Virus record (IMG/VR): IMGVR_UViG_3300045988_041312
Coordinates: 1 to 40,304 of that record
Origin: a virus
Strand: one strand, 5' to 3'
DNA length: 40,304 nt
Shown: positions 1-8,053 of the stretch, piece by piece
Layout of the letters: each line of letters begins with the position of its first letter
Numbering within the stretch: the stretch's first letter is position 1
Made by a program: the position numbers and the translations under genes
Notes under the pieces: model-generated
Seen by the model: only the letters and a program-made list of their open reading frames with translations
Database searches by the model: none
Told to the model about the DNA's origin: nothing

Positions 1-99
1 CTTTTTTTTTATTATATGGATCACCTCCGGGCTATAACCCCGCCCAGGGACAGAGCCGCGATAGCAGCCCATACATCTCTTTGTCGCCTAATTACTACC
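1..99. repeat. 99-bp exact direct repeat, identical to 40206-40304 (terminal overlap of a circular or terminally redundant phage genome, or att duplication)
   Basis: Read directly: positions 1-99 (c, T9, attatatggatcacctccgggctataacc...attactacc) are identical to the last 99 nt of the window. The repeat is bounded exactly by both window ends. Confidence 0.9.
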
Positions 100-500
100 T
101 GTTTATGTTTCATTGCTCTGATTTGCGCTTTCAACGTTTCTAATGATGCTTTCGATTTTTCCAGCTCGTTCCTGCATTCTGTTAGTGATACGTTCGCATT
201 CATCAAGCTCTGCCTGGTTGCGTTTAGCTCGCTCTGTAAGTTTTCCAGTAACTGCATCTGCTCTCCGGATGTGGACCTCAGCATTTTTAATTTCTGTCTG
301 AGCTGATTTAGCTCGATTGTCTGCTCTGTCAATTCTTGTTTCAACGTTGTCCACTGTTCGGTTGACATCACGATAGTCGTTCGAGGTCCTGCTTCTGAGG
401 TAGTAATCATATCCGCAGCAGAAGACAACCACGGCAAGGATAACGACAGACAAAACGTCAAGACCATGATTTTTAACAAAGTTTTTGATTTTTCCCACAT
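21..500 (-). CDS. Hypothetical secreted or membrane coiled-coil protein (frame A, ATG start at 500). Alternative reading of the same locus is listed separately at 103..498.
   Basis: 159-aa ORF with an N-terminal hydrophobic signal-like segment and leucine heptad repeats. GAAGGGG Shine-Dalgarno 4 nt upstream of the ATG. The C-terminus is encoded inside the terminal repeat. Confidence 0.4.
   Translation of the reverse strand: MWEKSKTLLKIMVLTFCLSLSLPWLSSAADMITTSEAGPRTTIVMSTEQWTTLKQELTEQTIELNQLRQKLKMLRSTSGEQMQLLENLQSELNATRQSLMNANVSLTECRNELEKSKASLETLKAQIRAMKHKQVVIRRQRDVWAAIAALSLGGVIARR
103..498 (-). CDS. Alternative-frame membrane-anchored coiled-coil protein (frame B, GTG start). Only one of this ORF and 21..500 is likely real.
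   Basis: 131-aa ORF with an N-terminal TM segment (LDVLSVVILAVVVFCCGY) then a charged coiled coil. GTG start 6 nt after the GAAGGGG SD. Ends before the terminal repeat. Confidence 0.4.
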   Translation of the reverse strand: MGKIKNFVKNHGLDVLSVVILAVVVFCCGYDYYLRSRTSNDYRDVNRTVDNVETRIDRADNRAKSAQTEIKNAEVHIRRADAVTGKLTERAKRNQAELDECERITNRMQERAGKIESIIRNVESANQSNET

Positions 501-663
501 TTTGCCCCTTCTTTATTGATAAATCTCTCTTTTAAATGAGAATTCGCGCAAAAAGGCATAATAGACGCATTTTTATTAATTCCATGGCAAATTACTCATG
601 GACGATGCGAAAAACAAGCCCTATTTTGTGCTGATTTTAAGATTTTTGACATCTTCACAATTT

Positions 664-1263
664 TTAATACCAAATATTTAAGTCAACTGTATTATTCCCT
701 ATTTTTCCTCGATCCGAATACTGCCAAGCGGAGATTGTTTTCCTTGGGTACAGTTTTTTGAGCGTATTTTCTTTACCGTACTGTGCCACCCACAATGGAA
801 TATATCCAGGGAGATTTTTCAGCACTAAATTATTTCTGAAGAATGAGCAACTTGAGTATATCCCAACATAATGGCCGTATGAGTTAAGCTGGTTTATGCC
901 AGCCATTATAACTGAGGTTAATCTTTCCGGTGATAACTTCGCCTGTTTGGGATCCTCAACGTCAATCCAAATGCCTGACTTCAAAGCGGTATTTCTCAAG
1001 TCGCTATTAAGCAGCTTGTGGATCCAGTCAGCTTCTCGGAATGCAATTTCTTTGGTAGTAGCCAGCGAGTAGTAATAAATGCCAACGTCCAGCCCAGCGC
1101 GCTTAGCGCCATTAATATTTTCATAAAAATCTTCATCCATAACCGGCTGGCCGGCAGCGGTTGTTCTACCTGCTCTTACAATACAAAAACTTTTACCCTG
1201 GCTTTTAGCTAATCGGAAATCAAATCCTTTCTGCCATTCACTCACATCTATTCCGTACTTCAT
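664..1263 (-). CDS. Endolysin, glycoside hydrolase family 25 (lysozyme/muramidase), catalytic domain only
   Basis: N-terminal GIDVSEWQKGFDF...CIVRAG...DEDFYENINGAKRAGLDVGIYYYS matches the GH25 signature. Lies at the end of the lysis cassette after the holin. Only 199 aa, so no cell-wall binding domain. Confidence 0.85.
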   Translation of the reverse strand: MKYGIDVSEWQKGFDFRLAKSQGKSFCIVRAGRTTAAGQPVMDEDFYENINGAKRAGLDVGIYYYSLATTKEIAFREADWIHKLLNSDLRNTALKSGIWIDVEDPKQAKLSPERLTSVIMAGINQLNSYGHYVGIYSSCSFFRNNLVLKNLPGYIPLWVAQYGKENTLKKLYPRKTISAWQYSDRGKIGNNTVDLNIWY

Positions 1264-1573
1264 CTTCTACATCATCCTTTTCTTTAATTGCGGCATCTGG
1301 CCGGCCGTCATTATCCGTATCTATTAAGTACCTGGAAAGAAAACCTATTACTGCGCTGCTGGCTATCACGCTGTTAAAAAATTCCCGGAATTCTTCCAAA
1401 TCAGGTTTATGATTTATTACTGCATCTACGGTAAACCAGACAATAAAAAAGACAATAAAAAAGAAGATAAGAACTGCGTAAAGTCGTATGACTTCCATAC
1501 TCTCTCTTACCTTCTTTTTCTTTATTATTCTGGCCCCCGTCAATTTTCTAAGTGCTTTACTAAAAATTGACAA
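1238..1573 (-). CDS. Holin-like small membrane protein (XhlB-position), TTG start with strong AGGAGG SD
   Basis: Two hydrophobic TM segments (LYAVLIFFFIVFFIVWFTV and VIASSAVIGFL) and a charged C-terminus. Sits between the XhlA-like gene and the lysin. AGGAGGAAAATC precedes the TTG at 1573. Confidence 0.6.
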   Translation of the reverse strand: MSIFSKALRKLTGARIIKKKKVRESMEVIRLYAVLIFFFIVFFIVWFTVDAVINHKPDLEEFREFFNSVIASSAVIGFLSRYLIDTDNDGRPDAAIKEKDDVEDEVRNRCE

Positions 1574-1584
1574 GATTTTCCTCC

Positions 1585-1884
1585 TTACTTATGTGACAGG
1601 TAAATCCCCAGCGCGTTAATCAGCAGCCCTATAGCCGTACTGGTAACAGCTCCTACCTTAACCACCATGGCCTTAGATTCATCAATCCTGTCGTTCGCCC
1701 TGCATGCGTCCGCTTCAACTTTACTAACACGATCTGCGAGGCATTTAAGGTCATCGTCCATGGCCATCACTCGGGCGTTAGACCTCTCCAGTACCTCCAT
1801 CATAGTATCCAGCTTAGTTTCCACCCTGGTAAGGCGTTCGATGAGTTGTAAAATCAGCCTGTCATCGTGTGAAATCTGTTCCAT
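1585..1884 (-). CDS. XhlA-like lysis-associated protein (coiled coil with C-terminal TM). Start moved to the internal ATG at 1884, which has an AAGGAG SD.
   Basis: About 99 aa with an N-terminal coiled coil and a C-terminal hydrophobic anchor (AVTSTAIGLLINALGIYL). PBSX-like position before holin and lysin. SD aaaggagcg precedes the ATG. Confidence 0.6.
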   Translation of the reverse strand: MEQISHDDRLILQLIERLTRVETKLDTMMEVLERSNARVMAMDDDLKCLADRVSKVEADACRANDRIDESKAMVVKVGAVTSTAIGLLINALGIYLSHK

Positions 1885-1929
1885 GCATCGCTCCTTTTGT
1901 CCATAATAAAAAGACCGCAAAAGCAGTCT

Positions 1930-2481
1930 TTATAATTTCATGATGTAGCTCAGCGTGTAGTATGGGGGCATGTTGTTGTGCTTAACACCAGCACCTAAAG
2001 TGTTAGTCGTGAATGTGTGGTGGTGCCCTCCGGCTTTGCTTGTCCAGCCAACGCCATTTCCACCACTTGATTTATTGGTATCCCCATTTGAAAAATAGGC
2101 CGCACCATTGGTATTTTCTCCATCCCCACCATGACGTTGCGGAAGACTCATATTGTGATTGTGGTCTCCATCCCAACTAGTTGTTCCAGAGAAGCTATGT
2201 GGTGGAAGGTTATCCATAGAAAGCCCTGTAGATTCTTCCCCGCCAGTACTCCCAACATCATGAGAAGCAGAAGAACCAAGGATAAAGCGTCCTCTTAAAT
2301 CAGGCGTTCCATTAGTACCATCACACAAGTGCCATGTTGTGTCAGCGTTCCCAGTAGCTTTATCTATTGGATAACCATTAGAAAAATTACCAGAGAACGC
2401 AAGAATTGTTCCGGGTAACACTCCAGAATCAGCTCCAATTTTCTTTACTTTATATTTACAATTTCCATCTGTGTATTCCAT
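1930..2481 (-). CDS. Tail fibre accessory protein with phage tail collar domain
   Basis: Collar-domain pattern W.LCDG...PDLRGRF.LG...GGE...L....LPPH.H....H.H...NMPPYYTL.YI. Also a His-rich stretch, GGHHHTF. Confidence 0.65.
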   Translation of the reverse strand: MEYTDGNCKYKVKKIGADSGVLPGTILAFSGNFSNGYPIDKATGNADTTWHLCDGTNGTPDLRGRFILGSSASHDVGSTGGEESTGLSMDNLPPHSFSGTTSWDGDHNHNMSLPQRHGGDGENTNGAAYFSNGDTNKSSGGNGVGWTSKAGGHHHTFTTNTLGAGVKHNNMPPYYTLSYIMKL

Positions 2482-2497
2482 ATAACCTCCATTTCAT

Positions 2498-2992
2498 TTA
2501 AGCAGTGCGCTTCCATCTATGAATAACTTCATAAGGCATCATGTTGTTATGTGGCTGACCTCCACCAACAACTGACGTTGAGCCAGACCAGCTACGAGAA
2601 GCATCAAACTTAACCAACGATGTGAGAATAACTTCTCCGTCGCCGTTATCCCCACCGTCCTGAACTCCTCCGGTATTATCCCAGGTAAAGGCACCACTTT
2701 GATTTGTTTTAGTCTCCCCATAGGCCGACCCTACGGAGCCAGTAATATTCATACTGCCTCGAGTGTGAGAATGCGGAAAACTTTCACTCTCAGTGAGTTT
2801 ATGTTTTTCTTCACCACCCTTATCTCCGGCCTTGTAGACTGTCCCTGTGCTTGCCGTACCTGCGGATACCAGGACACGTCCTGCTTCCATGGCTTCCCAT
2901 GTCCCACCAAACAATACAGCAGGGGAAGTAGGGTCTGTAGATTCATAAATACTACCTACCGGATGTGCTGCAAGAATGGCCTGCCGGAACAT
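2498..2992 (-). CDS. Tail collar domain protein (paralogue of the C-terminus of the 4537..5469 product)
   Basis: HPVGSIY...LFGGTWEAM...YKAGDKGGEEKHKLTESE.P.HSHTRGSMNITG...FDASRSWSGSTS..GGGQPHNNMMPY closely parallels the C-terminus of the 310-aa fibre protein. Confidence 0.7.
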   Translation of the reverse strand: MFRQAILAAHPVGSIYESTDPTSPAVLFGGTWEAMEAGRVLVSAGTASTGTVYKAGDKGGEEKHKLTESESFPHSHTRGSMNITGSVGSAYGETKTNQSGAFTWDNTGGVQDGGDNGDGEVILTSLVKFDASRSWSGSTSVVGGGQPHNNMMPYEVIHRWKRTA

Positions 2993-3027
2993 GCTTTCAG
3001 TTTTAAACTTTAACGTGCCATCATCAT

Positions 3028-4527
3028 TTACCCCCCCATATTATTTTTAATGGTGTCCCAGTTCGGCTCATCCGCTCCAGTAGTTCCGGCTTGTGTTACC
3101 ACGATGATTGTTCCGTATGAGAGGTTCGGACTGGTAAGTACGTCACCTACGTTATATGCGGTATTCCTCTGTATGTAGTGATGTGCCTGGGCAATAGAAT
3201 CATCAATCTTTTTTGAGAGTTCCGTGTGTGCCACTCCCGCATCTTGCTTACTCTCTTTTTCTGCAATCAGATTTGTGATGGTAGTGGCAAAGTTTGGATC
3301 GTTGTTCAGGGCCTTTGCCAGTTCGTTCAGTGTGCTTAAGGTTTCCGGTGCGCTATCCACCAGATTTGCGATGGTGTTCTGTACGAATTCCGTGTTCGCA
3401 ATGGTCTTGCTCTTATTCCCTGCATTAGCCGTCGGGACGCTGGTTTCTCCGGTTGCTGTCAGAGTCGTGGTGGTAACGCCGTTCCCGTCTACGTTTATTT
3501 TGCCAGCGTTTAGCGCTGAAACCGTTAACCCGCCTGTCGTAGAGAAAAAATCCGGTTTATTCTTTATAAACGCTTTATCTGTAGTATCCGTCACATCCCA
3601 GTCCGCCTGCACCTGACCTGAGGCGATAGTATCCAATACCTTCTGCGCGCTTGCGGCACTCCTGGCCGCATTGTTCTCGCTAGTGGAAGCATTTCCAGCA
3701 GAAATGCTAGCCGCCTTAGCTGAATCCCCCGCCCGAGAGGCAAACGTACCGGCAGAGTTCGAGCTTTTTCCCGCATTTTGTGCCGATGCATCTGCCGCTT
3801 TAGCCGATTCAGCGGAAGCGGTTTCACTTGTCTTTGCGTTTGTTTCACTTATCTTTGCGTTATCAGCAGCTGTTTTAGCATTTGCTTCCAACGTGGTAAC
3901 ATTAGTTTCTTTAGCCGTCACCTGTTCCAGTACAGCCTTGATGGCTGCGTTATCAACTGTTACACTGGCGGCACTGGTTTCTGCGCGATTGGCAGCTGCC
4001 GTAGCGTCAGCCGCTGCCTTTTCTGCTTTATTTGATGCCTCAATGGTCTTTACTGTGTTATTTCCTACAAGCGCCACAATATCCGCCTCTTCCTTGGGAA
4101 GCGTTATAGTTACATCCGTGGCAGCGGAGAAGGAAATATACATCTTAAATTCGCACTCTACTGTCGCCCCATCGGCCTTACCTGGTACGTATGACGGATT
4201 TTCATCATACGACACCGCATACAGTATTTCCGTGTCCCCATCCATAGCGAAAAGCCCGAGCTCCGTCGCGTAAAATCCTTCATCTACAGCGTCAGATGAG
4301 ACTGATGCTGTAGCTATGCACACCGTACCATCTACGGTAGCGCTCTTTATGAGCATTCTATGGCGTACGCTTCGAAGGTCCGTCGCGTCTGCATACTCAT
4401 CCAGAGAATCGACTTGCCCCGCGCCAAGTACCATCTTAGTCAGTTTCAGCGTCCCCTTATTAGCCTCAATGTTGGCGTGCAGCGCTTTCCCTTTATTGGT
4501 TAAGAGATAACCGCTCTTAAAGTCCAT
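3028..4527 (-). CDS. Long tail fibre protein with Ala/Thr/Ser-rich coiled-coil repeats
   Basis: 499 aa. The N-terminal domain resembles that of the adjacent fibre. The central low-complexity region holds repeats NAKTSET/NAKISET, encoded by a 21-bp tandem DNA repeat at about 3822-3863. C-terminal globular domain. Confidence 0.7.
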   Translation of the reverse strand: MDFKSGYLLTNKGKALHANIEANKGTLKLTKMVLGAGQVDSLDEYADATDLRSVRHRMLIKSATVDGTVCIATASVSSDAVDEGFYATELGLFAMDGDTEILYAVSYDENPSYVPGKADGATVECEFKMYISFSAATDVTITLPKEEADIVALVGNNTVKTIEASNKAEKAAADATAAANRAETSAASVTVDNAAIKAVLEQVTAKETNVTTLEANAKTAADNAKISETNAKTSETASAESAKAADASAQNAGKSSNSAGTFASRAGDSAKAASISAGNASTSENNAARSAASAQKVLDTIASGQVQADWDVTDTTDKAFIKNKPDFFSTTGGLTVSALNAGKINVDGNGVTTTTLTATGETSVPTANAGNKSKTIANTEFVQNTIANLVDSAPETLSTLNELAKALNNDPNFATTITNLIAEKESKQDAGVAHTELSKKIDDSIAQAHHYIQRNTAYNVGDVLTSPNLSYGTIIVVTQAGTTGADEPNWDTIKNNMGG

Positions 4528-4536
4528 AACTCCTCC

Positions 4537-5469
4537 TTACTTTACACGATACCAAATATCTACAGCGGTAAACAATGGAAGCATAGGCATAGGCTGACTG
4601 CCACCCTCAATACTGGTTGTACCTGTCCACGAACGGGAAGCGTCAAATCCGATGATTGAATCTGGATCTGAAGAATTTTTAACCTTAGTGCCTCGTCGTC
4701 CTGTGTTATAAAATGCGCCTTCCGCCGTAGTCGGGAAATCATTGCTCCCCTCCCCAGTCGCGGAGAAAGCACCGGTGATATTCATTGAGCCTCGGGTATG
4801 CCCGTGACGCGGCATTTCCTTCCTATCAATCGAATGTTCTGACTCGCCCCCGGTGTCTCCGGCACTATATGTCTTTCCGTTGACTGTCCCTGAGGCCATG
4901 ATATATCGCCCGACTATCTGTTTCCATGTTCCGCCAAACAGAGTGGACGGGTCCTTTCCTCCGATATGCATGTACAAGCTTCCTACCGGGTGAGAGATAT
5001 CTATACATTCCCCACGGGTCACATATGTATCCATATCGATTTTGACAGTTACAACACCGGCGGACGCCGTGGTGATGTAAATTTTAGTCAGGATAGTTTT
5101 TACCGTGCCATCACTAAGAGCCGGCATCGTGTCCGGTTGAACCGCTGTCGAAATGGCAAAAAGATGTTCTTTCCCATTCCCATCTTCAGCGTAAACTCCG
5201 ATAGCCGTCATTGGATAGCTCTCGGTCAAGCCTACATTGGTGATGTTCACTTCAATCTTTGTCGTATTGTCATCGATGACATTAACACTTTGTACCTTGA
5301 ATTCCTGCTTTTTATCAAGTAAGTCGGAGAGGTTTGCAAGGTCTGCTTTAGAGTAATCGCCCGATGATGTTCTTATTCTTGTAATGGATATCGTGTCCGT
5401 TCCTGCTATCGCTCTGGCAAGAAGCGCGCGTCCTTCAGCAGTTGCCACATAGTTATTCCAAGTTGCCAT
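4537..5469 (-). CDS. Tail fibre protein with N-terminal baseplate-attachment domain and C-terminal tail collar domain
   Basis: XkdV-position after the XkdU-like gene. C-terminal HPVGSLY..LFGGTW..YSAGDTGGESEHSI..EMPRHGHTRGSMNITG...FDASRSWTGTTS is the collar/MdpB-like motif. Confidence 0.75.
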   Translation of the reverse strand: MATWNNYVATAEGRALLARAIAGTDTISITRIRTSSGDYSKADLANLSDLLDKKQEFKVQSVNVIDDNTTKIEVNITNVGLTESYPMTAIGVYAEDGNGKEHLFAISTAVQPDTMPALSDGTVKTILTKIYITTASAGVVTVKIDMDTYVTRGECIDISHPVGSLYMHIGGKDPSTLFGGTWKQIVGRYIMASGTVNGKTYSAGDTGGESEHSIDRKEMPRHGHTRGSMNITGAFSATGEGSNDFPTTAEGAFYNTGRRGTKVKNSSDPDSIIGFDASRSWTGTTSIEGGSQPMPMLPLFTAVDIWYRVK

Positions 5470-6100
5470 CAGTTTCTCCTTTCAATTCCAAAACTTCTTC
5501 GGTTTCCATTGCCATTCCAATATATATAGCCGACCGGTCATCTAAATTATCCGCGGTAGCAGGATATATTATCGTTGCTTTCTTAAATCGTCTATTCAAT
5601 CCGAGATGAATCACATCCCTAGGCTCTATCCTGTATCTTGCCTTTACCGTCAAATTTGCAGGTGCCGTGATTCGGCTATACCGCCATATGCGCACGGTCT
5701 TTTCACTGGGAACGCTTTTCTGTACATCCAGTATCAATTCGTATTCATTTGGCGTAACTATCGGATATACAGAATCCTTCCCATATGTATTATCAAAGAA
5801 AATCTTTAAGGCCCTTTCGGTATATGGGGTTCCCCCGGTTACCGTAAAGAATATGGCTGCCTGACGTTCTTCCAACGTGGCATCCTTTTCGGGCACTATA
5901 CTGAGCATGCTTTCCCACCGCTCCACGCCTTCCAGATCTGTGGAAAAAATAAAGGTGTTGGAAAACCACTTCCAGAAGGCCTCGTATAAAAGTTTGAATT
6001 CCGGATTTTCGGCTTCTGCCAATACCTTGAATTCCTTTGCCGGAGCTACCACAGAAGGATAATAGCGTTCAACGTGTGCGTCCCTTTCTATCTTCTTCAT
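5453..6100 (-). CDS. XkdU-like baseplate/tail protein (DUF2313/YmfQ-like, tail protein I-like)
   Basis: PBSX synteny immediately after the baseplate J gene. About 215 aa, as is typical. Confidence 0.6.
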   Translation of the reverse strand: MKKIERDAHVERYYPSVVAPAKEFKVLAEAENPEFKLLYEAFWKWFSNTFIFSTDLEGVERWESMLSIVPEKDATLEERQAAIFFTVTGGTPYTERALKIFFDNTYGKDSVYPIVTPNEYELILDVQKSVPSEKTVRIWRYSRITAPANLTVKARYRIEPRDVIHLGLNRRFKKATIIYPATADNLDDRSAIYIGMAMETEEVLELKGETDGNLE

Positions 6101-7212
6101 GCCGTACCCCCTGAAATATCTGATATTGCACCAACGGTGGCAAGTTCGTTGCTCTTAAGTTCTATATTTTCTTCTGCCCCATTCAGTGTCGTATGCGAAA
6201 TGTCGGCTACATAAGATTTCTGAAGCAGGCGTGATTCTATTTGCGATATGCGAACGATAATGCCCCTGTTCTCGTATTTCGTGACGGATACCACTTCCGT
6301 ATCCTGCCATGAGGCATTAAGCTCCTCAAAGTAATCGCTGATGACCTTCGTCATATCGTCCTTATAATCAGCAAAAGTTCCTCCTTCACTGAATTTTATG
6401 TTAAGCCCAATATTGATTGCGGAGGTACCAGCACCTTCCACGGTGACCCGATGACCGATAGGGGCGATACCTACACCATTCTGCGCATAAGGAACTGGGT
6501 CGATTAATTCCTGCACTTCCTTAACAAATTCTGATTCCGGTACCTTGTTTTCAGATGTGGAGAATACCACTTTTACGGTTCCTCCTCCATTCCAAACCGG
6601 GTAGACCTTAACCCCTCCAACGCCCTGAATCTCTCCTACCTTTTTCTGATAGTCTGCGATATTTCCGCCATACGCCTGCGTTTCAAAAGACTTTAGGTAT
6701 CTTTCACGGAAAGCTTCCGTCTCTTCTTCGTCTTCCCCAGGCTGTATGACACTTACAATTTCGGCGTGCTGGAGTCCAGGAACATAGGTTATCGGTACGG
6801 CCTTACCGCTTGCCTTATTACCTTTGATTCCTGGCGTTTCGCACCGGGCCTTAAACTGGTTAGCGCCATCGAGCTGCCCGATAATGATATAATTCACATC
6901 GTCTACACTATATCGGCTCCCTATGGGCAGAATACAGTCAGCCGGAGTGCTCTGAATCGTCACAATGGCGTTGGTTGCTTCGTAGGGGGACAGGCCTCTT
7001 TCCTTAGCTCGTTCTATCAGGTATTCACGATCGGCTGTATCACCAAACGTATTTTTAAGGAAATAATCGACTACAGAGTAAAGAAGCATGAATTCGATAG
7101 CCGCCGGCATAGTCGCATCATAAGCAATCGAACCCTCCCGCTTATCTATGCTTTTAGGCATACTGTCCAACATTCGCTTTTCTATAACCTGCTCGGTCTG
7201 ATTTTCAAACAC
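6097..7212 (-). CDS. Baseplate J-like protein (XkdT-like)
   Basis: 371 aa in the conserved position between the XkdS-like and XkdU-like genes. Start ATGA overlaps the upstream gene end. Confidence 0.7.
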   Translation of the reverse strand: MFENQTEQVIEKRMLDSMPKSIDKREGSIAYDATMPAAIEFMLLYSVVDYFLKNTFGDTADREYLIERAKERGLSPYEATNAIVTIQSTPADCILPIGSRYSVDDVNYIIIGQLDGANQFKARCETPGIKGNKASGKAVPITYVPGLQHAEIVSVIQPGEDEEETEAFRERYLKSFETQAYGGNIADYQKKVGEIQGVGGVKVYPVWNGGGTVKVVFSTSENKVPESEFVKEVQELIDPVPYAQNGVGIAPIGHRVTVEGAGTSAINIGLNIKFSEGGTFADYKDDMTKVISDYFEELNASWQDTEVVSVTKYENRGIIVRISQIESRLLQKSYVADISHTTLNGAEENIELKSNELATVGAISDISGGTA

Positions 7213-7636
7213 GTATACGCACCTCCTTTTCTACCTCCAAATCGCCATAAATAGTTACCACGGTAAATTTCGCAGTCACATTCCCGTCCTTTGTATAAGA
7301 CAAATCAAAATTAATGACATCATTTATCCGGTCATCCTGTATGAGCGCCTCACGGATCCTGCGTGGTATTTCGGGTAAAACATATGGGATAGGCTTTCCG
7401 AACAAGTCTTCCAGCTCTACCCCATAATTCCAGCTATAAATAACGTATTTATATCGCTCTGTATTTAAAATCTTATACACGGCCTGTCTTACCGCGTCCA
7501 GTTCATTTGTGATGTTTCCTTCAATCCGTTCTTCTTCGATACGCATCTTATAGGTCTTATTCGGGTAAGTTTCCTGTGTACTTACCTGAATCGTAGTTCC
7601 ATTAGGCGTATTTGAAGCATCCGGAAGTAAAGCCAT
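7205..7636 (-). CDS. XkdS-like baseplate protein (DUF2634, gp25/W-like size class)
   Basis: 143 aa. PBSX synteny. Confidence 0.55.
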   Translation of the reverse strand: MALLPDASNTPNGTTIQVSTQETYPNKTYKMRIEEERIEGNITNELDAVRQAVYKILNTERYKYVIYSWNYGVELEDLFGKPIPYVLPEIPRRIREALIQDDRINDVINFDLSYTKDGNVTAKFTVVTIYGDLEVEKEVRIRV

Positions 7637-7640
7637 CTAA

Positions 7641-8048
7641 TCACCCCCATTGCCCGGATAAGCCGGCATGGTTGGTAATCCGTGACAGTACACAGTATTG
7701 CTGTCCTCCCTGCTGGCGAATCATAATCACTACCTCGCCGGGCTTAAGCCCGTTATATACTCTGATTTTTTTACGGCCCTTATAGTCGTGGTTATGACTG
7801 GCAAATTCAGCATCGCCACCGCCACCAGCGCGGTTCTCGGTTCGATGGTTTACTTCGATATCCACGTCATAATCCCGGACAGCATCTGTAAAAATCAGAA
7901 ACTCGCTGGTTATCAGGTCCTTCTGATTGACACGAATAGTCACAGGATTACTGCTTTCCACTGTTCCCAGTATATAGTCCCCCATCCGCATGCCGTTTAC
8001 GGTCTGAGAAATAACCGCCTGCAGAGTCTGATATAACTTGGTATTCAA
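7641..8048 (-). CDS. XkdR-like tail/baseplate protein (DUF2577-like)
   Basis: 135 aa. PBSX synteny between the XkdQ-like and XkdS-like genes. Confidence 0.5.
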   Translation of the reverse strand: MNTKLYQTLQAVISQTVNGMRMGDYILGTVESSNPVTIRVNQKDLITSEFLIFTDAVRDYDVDIEVNHRTENRAGGGGDAEFASHNHDYKGRKKIRVYNGLKPGEVVIMIRQQGGQQYCVLSRITNHAGLSGQWG

Positions 8049-8053
8049 TCACA

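Noticed and set aside
16-35. ggatcacctcc resembling the 3-prime end of 16S rRNA
   Set aside because: Only an 11-nt match. No rRNA gene context. The same bases serve as the stop region of the 21..500 ORF. Judged coincidental.
500-663. TTGACA-like motif (tttttgacatcttcacaattttta) on the plus strand
   Set aside because: It points into the 3-prime end of the minus-strand lysin gene with no plus-strand ORF to drive. Probably a chance AT-rich match. A minus-strand promoter for the downstream gene could not be placed with confidence.
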